Shown: positions 48,908 through 64,000 of the stretch, piece by piece
Layout of the letters: every line of letters starts with the position of its first letter
Position numbering within the stretch: the first letter of the stretch is position 1
Origin: Proteromonas lacertae
Taxonomy: Eukaryota
Direction of reading: 5' to 3'
DNA length: 64,000 bases
Assembly (NCBI GenBank): GCA_002245135.1
Contig: NGBS01001194.1
Span: forward strand, 1 to 64,000
The notes under the pieces: generated by a model
The model's database searches: none
The model's input: only the letters and a program-made list of their open reading frames with translations
Told to the model about the DNA's origin: nothing
Translations under genes and position numbers: made by a program

Positions 48908-51900
48908 TTATTGAATATAAACAGACCAAGGATTTCCTTTCATTCCTTTACCTACTTCTTTATACAAAGCTTTAACAGTTGCATATATCAATTCCATATT
49001 ACTATCTTCCACACTAAAATCATTCTTCTTTATCACATTACCTATTTGTTTCAATATAAATTGAAATGTAACACCAACTACTCTCATTGATTCTAATAAA
49101 CTTTCCGTTGTAATTATCACACCCATCGAACCACAAGCCAAACTATCCATCAACATAAATATTGTTCCAACTTTTTCACCAATATCAAATGATATATTAT
49201 TCAACCTACACATATTGAAAAATGTAGAAAATTGAAAAGAGGATAAACCAGGATGATATATATAATCAAACACAATAAAAGTTCTATTCTCTTTAACAAT
49301 TGGAGTTGTAGAATTAGCTGGAGATAGAGATAATCTTAGAGAATCACCATCACTACTATAATCTCCAGAAATTACAGAATATACGCCAATCTGTTGATCA
49401 AAAACACCTTCAGTCATATAATCAAATAATATGAATGAAATATAAGATGGATCAAAACCTGGTCTAATTCCTAGAAAACACATTTTATGTGTATGTGTTA
49501 TAGGATCCCAATATAATATACAATCAACTTGATAAATATCCTATTATCTGCTTATTAAATAGTGTATTTCCAATAGAAAGAGATGATTCATATACTGCTC
49601 TTCCTGGTATAGATTGTTCTGGAAATATTGTCCCATTGCTTTTATATATTGATGTATAGATATGTTCATGTGTTGATAGTATATTAATATTACCATCTGG
49701 TTCAATAAACATGTTTACAATTATACTGCCTTTGACTAGATTAGGTACTGCTTCTATTATTCCTCCATACTTTGAATATAATTCAAAGAATTTTTCAACT
49801 TTATTATTATAGAGTTCAGGATAGAGTAAAATTACTCTTTTATAAAATATCTTATCTATTTCATCGACTATTTTATTCAAAGCTTCTGTAAGTATTTCAG
49901 GTCTATTCCAATATTCAGGATCATCAATTAAACCATATTCTTTCTCTTTTCTTAAAGATACAATCACATTATTATCGAATAAATCAATATAAGCAATACC
50001 TTTGCCATTATAAGAATTATCACTTTTAAATAACCAACGATCCACTTCTAAAAACTTCAAAATTAATTTACATAAACTACTAATTACCTCATCAACATCA
50101 TATAAATTATAAATTCCATTTGTTATATTCACTTCAGATAATGTGAATATTCTTTTACTTCCACTCTTCGAAGTATAAATTAAACATTTTGTAGGATCTG
50201 CTGATAGAATTGGAAGTTTCAACGTCATTGCTAATTGTTTATCTTCTGGACCAAGGTAATTTGGAACAATATAAGCAACAGAATCTTTGATATAGTTTCT
50301 AATAAACTGTAAACAATGAGGTGAATATAATAATAAAGAGGATAAACTAAAGAAATCAGGAAATCGTTCATTATTTTCAGGATAAACAAAACATAATCTA
50401 CTTTCTATATCTTTAATATCTTTTAATTTTAATAGTTTAATATAATAATTTATAATATTTTCGTTTAGTTTATAAGGACTTACATAGATTATTCGAATAT
50501 TATCATCTTTTAGTCGAAGTAGACGACTTAATTGATTATTCTCATGATTTGACAAGTGTGGAATATTGAGTCTATTCCAATGATCAATACTGTAACTTGG
50601 AATATGAATTTCAATTCTTTTGGATTTCTTAATCTTTGGCCATTTCTGTATAAATTCGCTTTGGATTTGTCCCCAGTTTGAATCTCTTTTGTCTTTGAAT
50701 TCTAATAGTTTTAATTTTTGTTCTTTTGTTAAATGCCATGATTTCCAATATCCAATGATCTTATTAGCACAATCCACGTTGTAATATGAATGTACGATAA
50801 CTATATGGAGAATAAGAAAAAGTATTCAAAAAAAAGAGTGAAAAAAAAGTTAAGCAAAATGAATAATTTATATACTGTTTTCTTTGTAAGTACATTCTCG
50901 CTAATGACTGTATTGTAATTGCTGCAATATCTTTGCCATTTGGTCCTTTATATTTCTGACCACTTAATCGGATTAAAGGCATAACTTGATCAATATTTGT
51001 AACACATCTTAACATATCTTCAGGTTTGATTTTCTATACAAAATAAATAAATAAATAAATAAATAAATACATCAGTTTCTCTTTCAGCCAATTTCATTAC
51101 TTCATGTCCATCAATATAAGCCATTGGCACATTAAATTTACTCAGAAACTCTTCCAATTTCCTAATAATCCTCTGGATCCCACCCCATTTACCACTATAT
51201 AATCTCTTATACGATTCAAACTCAGGTGTTGTTGTTAATGTTTTACCTTTTCTAATAATAAATTGATGTAATGAATAAGTATCTAATAGTTCATTATATC
51301 CTCTGATTTTTGTAACTGCTTCTTTGAATTGATCTTGTGCATCTCCACCTTTACCATCAATTGTCATATTCATTGTTGTTACTACGACTGGTTTTGTATT
51401 ATTATTATTATTTCGTCTTCGGACCTGTACTTAAATTGCTTCTATTCGTTTTCAATGCTTCATCATAGAATGTATTTGTTTTTTTCTCATTTTGACTTTC
51501 TCTGATTGCAGTTTCCATATCCAACTTAATAACAGGTAAATCGCAGTTAAAAGGCTGTGCAAAAGTTACTGGTTTTGTGAACTGTTCTTGCCAATCGTGT
51601 TCTATTGCTTTTCCTGCTTGTAATGGTGGTTCATTTCCTTCTAAAAATACTGATGTTAAATCTGCATAATGTGGAACTCTACCTACATTTATTAAGTTAT
51701 ATAATCCATGATCCAATATCTCACCAGCTGTATTATTATTATTATCAGGAGGAGGTGGTGGTATATTGTTTCTTACAGGAATGTTATTGATTAATAAATG
51801 TTGATCGAATGTCTTTTTCATATTTTTCTTTGTTTTTGTTAGTCTTTGACGGGTTGTTTTGGCTTTTTGGAGTTTACTAGTTTGTTCGTTGATTACTCTT

Positions 51901-52372
51901 TCTCTTCGTAGTTGGATTGGAACTCCAAAGATTCTTTTAAATATTTTCTTCCTGTTTCGTAGAAAGGATTTGTCATTTGATCTAATCTTTTGGCATTTTG
52001 TACTCTTTGTCGTAATCTTGATTCATCGATTGTATTGAACTTTTTGGCTAATGGGTTTTCTAATACTGGATGCTGTGTTAATTCGCCATATTTTGATTGT
52101 TGGCTGAACAATTGTGAATTTGGATTATATGGCTGTTCTATTACTGGTAATGTTTTAATTGTCTCGTTCACTACTCCATTTAACACTAAATGTGCTTTTG
52201 TTTTTATATCTGCTTCAGCATTCGCTATTAAATTATCTAGAGATTCTGATATTTTAGTAACATCTTTTCCTTCAACATTGTGTAACTTCTCTCTTAAATC
52301 AGACATCTCCTGTTGAACTTGAAGCAATATTTTCCCAATATCTTCTGTATGATGTTCAGCTGCTTCTGACAT
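48908..52372 (-). CDS. IQCH: IQ motif-containing protein H-like, multi-exon, with frameshifts in this sequence
   Basis: Motifs LDTYSLHQFIIRKGKTLTTTPEFESY, IQ motif AAITIQSLARMY, IEIHIPS, IIYVSP and SKSGSKRIF. Single-base shifts near 49527, 50775, 51418 and 51880-51930. Confidence 0.75.
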
Positions 52373-52490
52373 TTTTATTTTTTAAATTCGACTTTGGGAT
52401 TAAGAATTACGAAAAAAAACGTTATTTCAAATCAAACTTCAAAAGCTTGATCAGAAAACCCAGTTTTTAAACACCTTCTACAGAATTATC

Positions 52491-54049
52491 ATGTCAGAAA
52501 TTGACTTAAATAGCGGTCAAGCTGAAGTAAGCGATGAAGAAAATGATGAAGTGAATGAAGAAATGTCCGATAATGAAGAAACTAAGAATAAAGAAAACAA
52601 TCTTGTATTTTAAAATCATAATATTGTTAATAGAAATCCAAAAAACAGTCTGCTAGACAGAAGTTAAAAAGAAAAATGAGAAAATATGAAAGAGATTTAC
52701 CTAATACAGTTAGTAAAAACACTGTACCTAATAAGAAACTAAAAACTGAATTAATAAACCAAGAAAAGAAATACAGATATGCTGTAAAGGCAGCTGCAGA
52801 GAGTGAAATCTTATTATCAGAAGATGTAGGTTATTTAGAAGCAGAAGGACTTGAAAAAACATATCAATTTAATCAAGACAAATTAAGAAGTGTAGTAGAT
52901 ATCAACACAACAAAGAAAATGTTTGAATTAAAGTTAAATCTTGGACCTTACAACACATGTTATACTAGAAACGGTCAATTTTACGCTTTAGGTGGCAAGA
53001 AAGGTCATATAGCAATAATTAACTCCAATCATAATAAAATAATCACAGAATTCCAAACTAAAGAATTAATTCATGATTTAGTTTTCCTTCAAGATTATTC
53101 ACTATTAGCTGTTGCACAGAAGAAGAAAATATATATTTATGATAATTCTGGCTTAGAAGTTCATTGTTTAAGATATCAATATAATCCTCAATTTTTAGAA
53201 TATTTACCTTATCACTTTTTACTAGCTAGTTCTAATGATATGTATCATTTAACTTATCAGGATATTTCCACTGGAGAATTTGTCAGTGATTTTAATACAA
53301 AGTGTGGTGAGTGTAAATGTATGAAACAAAACCCCTACAATGCAATAATCCATATGGGACATTCTAATGGTACTGTTAGTTTATGGTGTCCAAGTACAGG
53401 TAAACCGTTAGTGAAGATGTTTTGTCATAAAGGTGGATTAACCAGTTTAACCGTCGATCGAACTGGAAAATATATGATAACAGGTGGAGGTGATAGTTTA
53501 ATGAAAATATGGGATATTAGGAATTATAAAGTGTTAAATACTCTTAGAATGAACAGACCTTGTACAGATATAGATATTAGTCAAACAGGTTTGATAGGAG
53601 CTAGTTATAACAATAAAATAGAAATATATAAAGATACCTCCCTATTACAAAGCAAATCAACCAATAAAAGAATATTGCCTTATATGACACATAGAGTTGA
53701 AGGAAGTAGTAGTATAATTGATTTACACTTTAGACCGTATGAAGATAGTATGTTAATAGGTCATAGTAATGGAATTAGCAGTATAGTTGTTCCTGGTAGT
53801 GGTGAAGCTAATTTTGATACATTTGAGAATAATCCTTATCAAAATCAATTACAGAGAAGAGAAGATACTGTTCATAAGTTGTTGGAGAAGATTCCAGCTG
53901 ATATGATATGTTTAGATCCAACTATGATTGGTAAAGTGAGGAATGAAGGTGAGGAGGATGTTGATGAAGAAGATGAGGAAGAAAATAAAGGGATTATTGA
54001 TAAGAGTAAGAGTAAGAAGAAGAAAGGTCCAAGACCTAAATATAAGTAA
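52491..54049 (+). CDS. UTP7: U3 snoRNP WD40 protein Utp7/WDR46 (BING4)
   Basis: Motifs GYLEAEGLEKTY, YTRNG....GG.KGH, LEYLPYHFLLA, MKQNPYNAIIHMGHSNGTV and VPGSGEANFD. A 29-nt intron at 52605-52633. Confidence 0.93.
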
Positions 54050-54175
54050 TTAATTCGTTTTTGTGTAATTTTTTGATTTATATTGTTGAATATATAACAT
54101 GAATTTCAATAAAAATCAAATTTAAATTGAAAATATAGTCGTTTCAGATACAACTGATTTTAAAAATCTTAAAAT

Positions 54176-55148
54176 ATGTCTTGTATATCGATTGATTTAT
54201 TATGTGTAGCTTGTGAAAACTGTAAAATACTAGAAGATAAACTTGCAGAAAGCCAACAGTGGATTATTATTATGCATAAATTAATTGAAAAGCATGGTTT
54301 ACTTGATGAACTCCATGAAATGGAATTGGAACAGGAAAATGAAGAACAAGAAGCAGAATACGAAGAGGAAGAAGGAAATGCTCCTCCTTGTCCTTCTACT
54401 GAAGAAGAAGATGTTGAAATAAAGAGTATAGTTATTTATATGTAATGATGTTTATAGTGCCTAAAAAAGTGACAAACAACAGAGTAAATGTAATATTTGA
54501 AAAAGCTGATCCTCACACAGCTAAAGAACTGATTTTAGATAGTACGAATATATAGTTTTAATAAATATAATTGAAAATAGACAAAACTGATATGAATATG
54601 GTAGAACTGAAACAATCTCTTCAAAATATTCTTTGTTATAGATATTTAGAGAAATTATCATTAAAGAATATTCGATTAGAAGACAGTCATATCAAATATC
54701 TTCATACTAAGCTATACAAAAGTTGTCCAAATATAAAAATATTAAATTTATCTTGTAATATTATAATATTTTATAATAAATAGATAATAACCTAACAGAT
54801 CCAACTGGTTTATTTGTGATGATAAAACATTTAAAAGATTTAGAAGAACTTGATATATCTAATAATAAACTAGGTTATGGAAGTGCAGAAAGACTAGCGA
54901 AAGTCTTACCAAGTTTAGAAAAACTGAAATTCTTATATATTCAAAAGAATGATTTTTCAGTGACAAGTGCTTGGCCAATCGTGAATGTGTTAAAGAAGAA
55001 GAAGAGTGTGACTGTGTTCTTAATGGGACGTATATATTAATATAATAATGTAATTGTAATAGCTGATAATATTGGTAAAACTGACTGTCGTATTCTTCAA
55101 GAGAGTTTGCAAAACACTCGAAGTTGGGATAATTTGCATATTGGTTAA
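54176..55148 (+). CDS. RI-like leucine-rich-repeat protein, multi-exon
   Basis: LRR motifs LEKLSLKNIRL, IKILNLS, LEELDISNNKLG and LKFLYIQKN. Several short GT-AG introns. Confidence 0.7.
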
Positions 55149-55381
55149 GTAAAATATATAAATAATGTAATAATAATGTGATATATATTGTTTATTTGTA
55201 TTATGGATGATTAAAAATGATTAATAATGAATAGATGAGAAAATGAAAGATATATCAGAAGAAGAAAAGAAAGAAATATCATTTCTATAATTATATAAAA
55301 AGTGTATTGTTATTTCAAAATTAACACATAAAACAATAATATCAAAAAGAGTATAAAAACATATAATATCCACTTTTATAT

Positions 55382-57816
<2,435 letters not shown>

Positions 57817-57929
57817 TTATATAATGATTTAAAATATAAAAGATTTTTTACTCTAATAATAAATGAAGCATATATCAATAGACTATATTTAAGTCAATTC
57901 TAAATCAAGCTTCTGAATAAGGCTTGAAG

Positions 57930-59380
57930 ATGAGTAGAAGAATTGCTTATTTTTATGATTGTATAGATTTTATCATTGATTTGTAGCTCAAATCGGTGAC
58001 TATTACTATGCACCAGGTCATCCGATGAAACCTCAAAGAATAAAGATCACTCATGCACTATTATTGTCATATGGTCTATATAGATACTTATCAGTTTATG
58101 TATTATTGTTATATCTATTTTTATATAGCGTCCACATTTAGCAACATATCAAGAACTCACACAATTCCATTCTGACGAATATGTTGACTTTCTAAGTAGA
58201 ATAACACGAAATAATGCAAAAGATTTCACAGAACAAATGCACCGATGTATTATAGTATTCATATCTTTTATCAAATAGTTTCAATTGGTGAAAGTGACTG
58301 TCCAATATTCGAGAAAATGTATAATTTCTGTCAACAATATGCAGGAGGTTCATTAGATGCTGCAGTAAGATTAAATCATAAACTAAACGATATTTGTGTA
58401 AATTGGTCAGGAGGTTTACATCATGCAAAGAAGACTGAAGCTAGTGGGTTTTGTTATATTAATGACATTGTATTAGCTATATTAGAACTACTGAAATACC
58501 ATGCCAGAGTGATGTATATAGATATTGATATTCATCATGGAGATGGTGTGGAAGAAGCATTTTATAATTGTGATAGAGTAATGACTGTGTCGTTTCATAA
58601 ATTTGGTGATTATTTCCCTGGAACTGGGGATATTGACGAAATAGGTGTAAAGAAAGGAAAATATTTTGCTGTTAATGTTCCATTAGATGATGGAATAGAT
58701 GATGCAACATATGAGTCAATATTTAGACCTGTATAATTAATAACATTACATTTTTCCTTTAATTTTCCATTTTAATAGATAATAACAGAATGTATTAATA
58801 AATTCAGACCTGGTGCTATTGTATTACAATGTGGAGCTGATAGTATCACTGGAGATCGTTTAGGTTGTTTTAATCTCTCTCTAAGGGGACATGGAGCTTG
58901 TGTTACATTTGTTAAATCATTTAATATTCCTACACTAGTACTAGGTGGTGGTGGATACACAGTGAGGAATGTAGCGAGATGTTGGTCATTTGAGACTAGT
59001 TTACTACTGAATCAGAATATTAGTAATTCAATACCACCTAATGAGTATATTGGATCATTTGCACCTACCTATGCATTACACTTAATACCTAACGCTGATA
59101 TGGATAATAAAAATTCTGCTGAGAAGTTGGAAGCTAAGAAAAATATGATTTTAGAGAATATTCGAATATTGGAAGCTGCTCCAAGTGTTCAATTGAATTA
59201 TGTACCTCCAGATTGGAAAACAAGAGAAGAAGAAAAAGAAGAAGATCCTGATGTAAGAAATGTTGATAGTATATATATTAGTTTGTGATTATATATTGTA
59301 TAGAGGATGGATTGGATGAGAATGTTCAACATGAATCAGAATATTATGATGGTGAAAGAGATGTTGATCATACTGAATAA
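57930..59380 (+). CDS. Class I histone deacetylase (Rpd3/HDAC1-3 family), 6 exons
   Basis: Motifs [48 protein letters not shown] and GGGGYT. Introns of 26, 29, 32, 48 and 35 nt. Confidence 0.95.
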
Positions 59381-59512
59381 ATTCCATTTTTAGATTAATT
59401 TTTGAATATAAAATTTGTTGTAAATTTTCTTTTTTTTCAATTGTTTTTTAATTTAAAAATTTTGATCCGAAAACAGAGATTATTTGAACCGTATTTTCAT
59501 ATTTTATTGAAA

Positions 59513-61377
59513 ATGTCAGGAACGCCTCACAAAAAGAGAAAGTTGAATGATTGTATATAATATATGACATTTATACATTCTATTAGCATCAAGAAAATAC
59601 AGTTCAGATTCTTCAATATCAATATCTTCTGTAGAGGATTCTGAACAACCACAAAAGCAATCTTCGTTGAGACTGTTGAAATGTCCACATTGTGGTAAAT
59701 ATCCATTAAGAGGTGAGAGAGGAATTAGAGCACATGTCTCTGTAAGTTGTCCAGTGATAAACAAAACTGCAAAATTAGAAGGAAAAGACAGTGAAGTTGT
59801 AAATGGAATATGCACCTATTGTAACAAAAGTGGTTTACTTATTTGTTGTGATACTTGTCCAGCCATGTATCATCGAAGATGTTTATTAGCAATGAACAAT
59901 ACAGCAGATGTAGGAGATGGTTTTTGGAGTTGTCCAAGATGCGTAGAAAAGAAGAATCAAAAATTAACTTGTCCATGTTGTAATACACTTATAGAACGTG
60001 GTTTAGAAGGTATGAAAATCCATATGAAATCACTCTGTCAAAAATTAAACAGAATACAATGGCGAGTAATCTACAGAGAGTTTACTAATAAAACAGCTCA
60101 ATGTATGATTTGTCACAAAGTGGATAACTTGATATTTTGTGATAACTGTACTTTATTTTACCATTTAAATTGTTTATGTCCTCCTTTGACTGATATTCCA
60201 GATGGACCTTGGAATTGTCCGAAATGCATTTCAGAAGGGTTAGTTCCAGGTAATAAAGATGAAGCTATTAAGAATTTAAAGAGAATGTTTGCATTACCAC
60301 AGAAGCAGAAGATTGTCTTATCAAAGAATTCATCAAAAAGGAATTTGAAAAATGGTAATAATAATAATGGATATTTATCACCATCTTCACCTAATGATAA
60401 TTATTTGAGCAGCAATTCATCAACACCAGAGTATATATTTATCCTTATATTTATTTCACTTTTTTTCTATTTTAACCTTTTCTTTGTTTTTCTTCTTTTT
60501 AATATTATCATTCATTCTATTATTATAAAATAGTCACATTTTAATCCCCTCAGTTCCATCATCAGCTTCCTCTTCAGCAGTCTCATCTCCAAATATGCGA
60601 ATATCACCATCCATCATGAGATCCAAATCAAACTCCTCCAAACTCAGTGGTAATAGCAGTGGAAGCAGCAGACATCGGCCACAATCTAATAAAATGTCAT
60701 TACATACATCATTCTTACAACAACAACAGCAACAATTGAATGAATTTAAGAATTTCAATAAATTAAAGAATTTACCTTTACAATCAATGGGTGGTAGTGG
60801 TGGAAGTAGTATTCCTATCAATTCATTTACAGCTTCATCATCATCATCTTCTTCTTCTCCAAATGGAATTTCATCATCTTTACCAATTGTTTCTTCATTA
60901 TCAACTACAATTAATAATAATAATATTAACATACCATCAGCTATGAATATGCTAATGATGAAAAATCCAAATCCAAATAACCGTCAATTATTAACTATCT
61001 CTTCTTCGTTAGGAAGTGCCAATACAGCTACTTCACCTATTATCAATACGAATTTAAATAATTATAATTTATCTTCTAGTTTACCTTCACCATCATCTTC
61101 ACCTATTTTATTGTCAATGAATATGTTAAATTCAAATGTTACAACCACTACAACATCATTATCAAATCCAACAATAACTAAACCAAAACTATCCCCAGAA
61201 GAACTTTATGGAATTTTGTCATCTATTCGATCATTACATTTGAGAATGGCGGGACAGTTGGAAATTGATAAATTGCGACAAGATATTAGTACTAGATGTG
61301 CTTATGATGATATTTTAGTAATACAGACAGAATTAAGACAACAAGAAAGGATATTGAGAGAACACCTTGGATATTAA
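59513..61377 (+). CDS. Double PHD-finger chromatin protein with S/N-rich tail
   Basis: Two C4HC3 motifs (CTYC..LICCDTCPAMYH..C..WSCPRC and CMIC..LIFCDNC..YH..C..WNCPKC). Introns at about 59553-59586 and 60431-60533. Confidence 0.85.
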
Positions 61378-61424
61378 TTATTTATATTTATATTATTATT
61401 ATTATTATTTTAATTAATAAATTA

Positions 61425-63115
61425 TTACTGGGTAGATGGTCTAATTTTGAAGATTCTTTCTAAGTTTCTAGTTTTCTTGATAGTATTTACTAGATCTTCA
61501 TTCTTTCTTTTCACTCCATCTATTTGTTCCATCATATTCCTCTGTATTCTTTTAAATTTACTTCTTAAATCAGAATCAATGTCTGGATCGTATGATAAAT
61601 AGTCTTGAAACAACAATTCTTCTATTTCATATAGTTTATGTAATAAAGTAGTATAAAACTCCTTCGCTTTCTTTGTCAAAGTTTCACATTGTGCTATACA
61701 ATTCTCATTCAGTTGATCAACAGGGTATTCATCATAATTAATAACAGGTGCATTATCTAAACCATATGGATTTTCTAAATTGATAATAAAAGATTCAGGA
61801 TTTTTATTATAAACATCTTGTGGAGATTGATACATTAGAAATGGTTCTGATGGAATATTGACTATTTTTTCTCTTAAATCTATTGGATAGATGGAAGGTA
61901 ATTTAACATAATGTAATTTGGGAATATAATGAAACTATACATAAAATAATAATATATATTTATACTTGAATAATAAACTCAGGCAATATACTCTGATGTC
62001 TTTGTAATAAAAATTCCTTCGTTTTACTATGAAAATAGTTCTGTTTCTTCTCAAAACAAGTTGAAGGAAATTCATTTAATGGTTTATTAATCACTTCAGT
62101 ATCATAGATTAACGTTCTACATAATACAATATAATAACGATTATCATTGGATAATTTATTCTGTAAATTCTGAAATGTCACATATTTTGAAAATAAAAAT
62201 GGAGGAAATAATGGTTTTGATTCTTTTACTAAACTTTCCAGCGGATTATATTCGTTAATTGGAGTATACCAAAGTTTAAATACTCTTTTTTCTTTATGGG
62301 AAGTTGAGAATCCATATACTGCAACATGAGCTAAAGATTCTGTTGGAATTAATGTAAATAATCCATTCAATGAATATTTCTTTAATTTTTGTTTTTCATC
62401 GTTGAATTGAGTTAATAAATAATTATTTGTTAATTTATAAACATTTTCAACTGTTATTCCATCATATTCTGTTTTTCGGAAATAACTAGGTGATATATTC
62501 TCCATTACTGCTTTTATACATCGATCTCTAGTTGTATCTCCTTCTTTTAATTCTTCTAATATGATTTTTTCATTACAATATGTATTTACATATAAACTGA
62601 ACAATTCTAATTTGTAAGTTTCATCCACAGATTTTTGATCAACTTCAAGTAATTTCATTTTGTAATTTGTTACACAGTTATTTAATGACATGTCAATTTG
62701 TAATATTGATTTACATAACACAGATATTTCAACGGAATAGTAATCAAATAATATGGTTATTACTTTCCACCATAATCGGATTGGTTTTATAAAATCATTG
62801 AAATTTTGTTCATCAGTTAGACTGGTAGTTGATAATAAGTGAGATCTTGTATTGGCTGTTAAAGACAGATGTAACATTAGGGATTGTATTGATCTGTGTA
62901 TATCCTTTATTTTCGAATAGGAATTAGATTCTATTACTTTAGAAAGACTTACTTACATACCTCTTTTCATTATATCAATCAAATAATCGGATATTTTATT
63001 CATTCCATTTAAACAATCTTTACTATACAATTTTATATCATCAAATATACGATAACATGTGTTGAACAGATAAATAGTCTAAATCTGTTATTATATTATC
63101 TTCTTCTGTTGCCAT
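61425..63115 (-). CDS. Coiled-coil protein with a degenerate PARP/ADP-ribosyltransferase-like domain
   Basis: Segments GITVENVYKLTN..L...F, YGF, YIVLCR and ILPEFIIQ resemble PARP-fold strands. Short introns at the ends. Confidence 0.45.
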
Positions 63116-63372
63116 TCTATTTATATTACTAATTATTAATATTATAAAACTATATAAACTTCTATACAATTCAGATTTCAAATTTCGTTTTAAAATGGAT
63201 CAAGTTTTGAATCAAGCCTACTTTATATTTTGAATGAATTTTATCTTTGAGAATGTTATTATGATTAAGTAAATCTTAATAAACAATATATGAAAGACAA
63301 GTATTAAAAATATATAAATTCTTAAACTAATCTTTCTTTCAATTAACAATATAAGGTATATATATTGATGAT

Positions 63373-64000
63373 TTAGTTTTGATGAGCATTTTTCTTCTGT
63401 TGAGCTTTCAATACTATCTCTTCATTCTTCTTCTCAGCTGCTTTGTTTGTTGTGGTGGAAATCTTTCCATTATTTTCATCGATTATTAATGGTCTTGTCC
63501 AAGCATCACCAGCTTTAGGTTTTTGATTCTTAAAATCTCTGAAACATTCTACCCATTTCTTACATATTTCTACTCCATTTTCACTTTCTACTTTCAAATG
63601 AATCTTTCTTTCTTTATCACCAACTTCAAAGGTCTTTAAGTTTGATTCATTGATCTTTAATATTAATGTGAAATCATTAGCACCATCACTATATTCAATA
63701 CCACTGTAACAACTTAATGGAATACTTTGTTTCTCATCAATATATACTTTACCATAATAACTAGGAACCATTGAATCATAGATTCTAAACATAGCTGGTT
63801 CAAAATATAATACACAATATCTTCGTTGATATTTATCTACTATTCTATCTCTTCCTTCTTTCAATAAATATCCTTCCATTATTACTTCATAACTAAATGG
63901 TTTGTAAATATCATCATCTGTTACTTCATTTTCTTGTTTTATTTTATCAATTGGAATTATTGTTTCCATTATCTTTTCACTCTTTTCAATATCATTCTTG
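63373..64000 (-). CDS. PH-domain protein, 3' part (continues beyond the window)
   Basis: Motifs MEGYLLKEG, YQRRYCVL and KKWVECF. The frame is open to the window edge. Confidence 0.8.
   Translation of the reverse strand, partial: KNDIEKSEKIMETIIPIDKIKQENEVTDDDIYKPFSYEVIMEGYLLKEGRDRIVDKYQRRYCVLYFEPAMFRIYDSMVPSYYGKVYIDEKQSIPLSCYSGIEYSDGANDFTLILKINESNLKTFEVGDKERKIHLKVESENGVEICKKWVECFRDFKNQKPKAGDAWTRPLIIDENNGKISTTTNKAAEKKNEEIVLKAQQKKNAHQN

Overview
Left end of a chromosome of a very AT-rich, gene-dense unicellular eukaryote. Tiny GT-AG introns (mostly about 26-38 nt), mastigoneme-type EGF proteins and flagellar-type genes suggest a stramenopile of the Blastocystis/Proteromonas (Opalinata) type; this taxonomic call is an inference. 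Layout from the end inward: (1) a (CCCTAA)n telomere at 1-406 abutting a coding sequence. (2) A tightly packed, almost intronless subtelomeric cluster of glycan-building and glycan-decorating enzymes (about 0.4-13.6 kb): 2 FkbM-type methyltransferases, 4 paralogous GT-A-like proteins, a GT2/GT64-like GT, a fucosyltransferase-like GT, a GT15 mannosyltransferase and 2 OafA/OatA-like AT3-SGNH O-acetyltransferases. (3) A rearranged belt (13.9-26.7 kb) with a three-copy non-coding repeat whose about 780-bp inverted copies bracket an oppositely oriented cassette of broken glyco-enzyme genes, a surface-protein pseudogene, a 2.5-kb palindrome carrying two divergent 5S rRNA genes and a decayed REJ/TSP1/EGF receptor gene. 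(4) Core genes: a giant repeat-expanded mastigoneme-like protein, CFAP92-like, Tctex-1, a triple-RAMA-domain protein, a large PA14/Ig-like surface protein, a standard mastigoneme-like protein, IQCH-like, UTP7, an LRR protein, a Yak1-like kinase, a class I HDAC, a double-PHD protein, a PARP-like protein and a PH-domain protein. Between about 36 and 52 kb, four genes carry roughly 20 single-base frameshifts, nearly all +1; these are either assembly error or unusual biology. All family calls come from motif recognition by eye; no database searches were run.
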